Assembly: GCA_034521815.1 (NCBI GenBank)
Contig: JAXHLW010000013.1
Coordinates: 1,664,001-1,728,000 of the forward strand
Length of the DNA stretch: 64,000 nucleotides
Source of the DNA: Trueperaceae bacterium
Lineage (GTDB): Bacteria > Deinococcota > Deinococci > Deinococcales > Trueperaceae
Reading direction: 5' to 3'
This document shows positions 61,101 to 64,000 of the stretch, one piece after another. The position numbers were made by a program, and so were the translations under genes. Under the pieces are notes generated by a model that was given only the letters and a program-made list of their open reading frames with translations, searched no databases and was not told where the DNA came from. How positions within the stretch are numbered: position 1 is the stretch's first letter; the number at the start of each line of letters is the position of its first letter.

Positions 61101-64000
61101 GCGGCGTCGTAGTCGACCGCGCCCGAGGCGACGTCGTACAGGACGCCGTTCACCACGATCGTGAGCGTATCGCCGGCGAGGACCTCGGCCGTACCGCCGA
61201 GGACCGGCGTCGCGTCGTCGCTGACGAGCGGGTCGACCGTCGGCACGGCGGGCACGCGCGTGTCGACCACGATCTCGCCCGTTCCCTCGGCAGGGCCGGT
61301 GACGCCGTTGCCCGCCAGGTCGTAGGCGATGATCGTCACGTCGTAGGCGCCGCTGGCGAGCGCGTCCTCGGCCGGGATCGCGATCCTCCAGGTCCCGTCC
61401 GGATCGAGCTCCGCAGGATAGGTCGTGCCGGCGACGGTGACCTCGATCCGATCGGTGTCGCCCACGTCGTAGCCACCACCGAGGATCGGTGTCGGATCGG
61501 TCGTGAGGACCGGATCGAGGGTCGGCATCGCGGGGGGCACCGTGTCGACGACGATCGTGCGTTCGGTCGTGTCGCTGGCGTTGCCCGCCGGATCGTAGGT
61601 GGTGGCCTGGAGCACGTAGGTGCCGTCGGGGAGCGAGTCGTCGGCACTGCGGTCGACGCTCCACCCCTCTCCGTCCCGGTCGGCGATGGTGTCGAACACG
61701 ACCTCGCCCGCATCGTCGACGAGGACGATCTGGACGTCCAGTCCGGAGCGGCCCGTGCCCTCGAAGAGGAGGGTCGGATCGTTGCTGACGAAGTCGCCAT
61801 CGATGCCGCTGTCGTCCGAGATCGCGTCGATCGTCGGGGCGGCATCGGTCCCGCCGGTGATGACGATCGTCACGGTGGTCTCGGTCCCATCGGCGGCGAT
61901 CAGCGGGAAGGTGTCGACGAGCTCCTCACCGTCGTCGAGGGCGTCGACGTCCGGGCTCGTCCCATCCAGCCGGTAGCTCCAGACGCCGGACGCGCCGACG
62001 GTGAAGGTGGCGTAGCCAGCGTCGCTGACCGTGGCGGTATCGACGGGCTCGAAGGCGTCGTCCGTTCCATCGACGTCGCTGGTCGCTGCGTCGCCGCCGA
62101 CGACCTGAACGACCGCGTCCTCGTAGACGCTGCCGGACAGGTCGCCGGCGAAGACGGCGGGATCGTTGGCGCCGGTGATGGTGAAGGCGATTCGGGCGGG
62201 CGTGTCCGCTCCCTGCGGATCGCTGACCACCACGTCGAAGGGGACGACGGGGGTGGACCCGGCGGACACGGCGTCGATCGTCGCGGCATCGGGCGTGAAG
62301 GCGAAGTCCCCATCGGCGTTCAGGCTCAACGTGCCGTACGGGCTGGTGCCGTCCTGCCCGGTCGCGAACGACCAGGCCAGGTCGGTGACGAGATCGTCCT
62401 CGTCGACGTCGCTCGCCTCGAGCGTGCCCGTGATCGGGTCGAACGCGTCGGTGGCGGGCGTATCGACGTACCCGAAGTCGTACGTGCCGCTCACGACCGG
62501 GGCGTCGTCGACGCCGGTCACGGTGACGATCACGGTCGCGCTGCGCGCGCCGCTCTCGCCGTCGCTGACGGTGTAGACCATGCGGGTCTCGACGCTGTCA
62601 CCGACGTCCAGCCGTTCGAAGTCGCCGTCGGGATCGAACGTCAGTTCGCCCGTGGACGCGATCAGGAAGGTGCCGCCGTCGCTGCCGGCCGTCGCGACAC
62701 CCACGTTGGCGGCGGCGCCGTCGACGAGTTCGACGAACAGCGCGTCGCTGTCGAGAGCGGCGTCGTTGTCCAGCACGTCGGCTCCCGACAGGGCGGTGTC
62801 CTCGTCGGTCTCGTACAGGTCGTCGGTCGGTTCCGGACCGCGGTTCGAGACGGTCCAGGTGAACGTCTGCGTGGCGACGAGTCCGGACGCGTCGGTGCGC
62901 GTGATGGCGACCTCGTAGACGCCCCGGTCCACGCCGTCGCCGACCTGGCTCGCGGCGGGATCGATGGTGCCGGACACGAGGCCGGTCGTGGGATCGATGG
63001 AGAGCGAGCCGGGCGCTCCCGCCATCGCGTAGGAAACGGTGTCGGGCACGTCCACGTCGGTGAAGAACGTCGAGACGTCGAAGGACACCGGGCTTGCGTC
63101 GAGCCCATCCTGGTCGGGGATGGTCCCGACGGTCACCGGTGCGTCGTTGCTGCCGGTGATGACGATCGTGACCGTCGCCTCGGTACCGTCGGCGGTCCGG
63201 ATCGGGAAGGTGTCGTTCAGGGTGGCGCCGGACGCCAAGGCGTCGACCGTAGGATCGGCGTCGTCCAGCACGTAGCTCCAGTCGCCCTCCGAGCCGACCG
63301 TGTACGTGCCGTAGCCGCCGGTGCTGGAGCTGAGGGTCGCGACGGCCTCGAAGGTCGTCGCGGAATCGACGTCGGACGCGACGGCGGTGCCGGTGGCGGT
63401 AGCCGACCCACGTGGACCGTCGGACTCGACACCGGCTTCGACGACGCCGCCGGTGAGATCGCCGGACACGTCGGCCGGATCGTTCGCGCCGGCGATGGTG
63501 ATCGTCACCGTCTGGACCGCCGAGGCGTCGGACGCGGTGCCGGAGTCGTCGGTCGCGACGACGTCGTAGGCGAGGACGAGGGTGTCGCCCTCGTTCAGGT
63601 AGGTGAAGGTCGCCGCGGCGGGCTCGAACGTCCAGGTGGCCGTGCCCTCGACGCTGCCGGAGAGGACCACGTCGTCCGCGTCCACGACGAGCATCGGGAG
63701 CAGATCGTCCGTCGCGTCCAGCGTGCCGAGCGGGCCGCTGGTCGTGAGACCCGTCACGGCCACGCCGACCGTGTCGCTCAGGTCGACATCGCGGACGGTC
63801 AGGCTGCCGGTCGCGCGGAACGGCGTCGCGTCCTCGGCGAGCGTGGCCACGTCGGAATCGCCGCTCTGGAGGGCGATCTCGGGCGCGTCGTTCACGCCGG
63901 TCACGGTGACGGTCAGGCTGGCCGTGTCGCTGCCGCCCTCGTCGTCCGTGATCGTGTAGCCGACGGCCGTGTCGACCGACTCGCCATCGGCGAGGTACTG
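58183..64000 (-). CDS. Giant surface adhesin-like protein (VCBS/cadherin-like and bacterial Ig repeats, SdrD-B-like domain, probable C-terminal beta-barrel); 5' end outside window; frameshifts ~60847, ~58630, ~58422
   Basis: Repeated (V/I)TITGxNDAP, G.WSY.LD, DT.P..PT and YD.AGN; GRVFLDLDEDG..D.PVEGARI..DGAGRY; alternating-residue strands ending GLFRW. Confidence 0.8.

Noticed and set aside
1-64000. rRNA, tRNA or a recognisable riboswitch
   Set aside because: None recognised by eye; a tRNAscan or Infernal search would be needed to exclude small RNAs.

Overview
This is a very GC-rich (roughly 70%+) bacterial chromosomal window, most consistent with Deinococcota (Truepera/Thermus-like). That call rests on a Thermus/Chloroflexus-type AioA, a Thermus-like ferredoxin and many leaderless genes with TANNNT 5-7 nt before the start codon. 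Single-base frameshifts occur throughout, so many 'broken' genes are probably long-read errors. Main content: (1) an ~7.9 kb tandem duplication carrying DUF418, an AfsR/SARP-like BTAD-STAND-TPR regulator and arsenite oxidase aioBA, with copy 2 diverged and indel-rich; (2) a patchwork of a xylulokinase fragment, an ABC exporter, ferredoxin, OsmC, a broken cytochrome c and a cap-less hydrolase; (3) a TetR-FabH-like-acyl-CoA ligase-hydrolase-Liv ABC operon with a clear promoter and operator; (4) a second BTAD-ATPase regulator flanked by secreted hydrolases; (5) deoC-GNAT-ALDH16; (6) a GGDEF-STAND-TPR fusion; (7) an amidohydrolase, D-cysteine desulfhydrase-family, racemase, Lrp and peptide ABC cluster; (8) the 3' part of a giant VCBS/Ig adhesin ending in a probable beta-barrel. 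The most notable signal is a rigid promoter motif, TAACG-N6-TAACG-N10-TANNNT. It occurs five times, always in front of an exported-protein gene near a BTAD/SARP-family regulator, suggesting a SARP-STAND-controlled secretome regulon.
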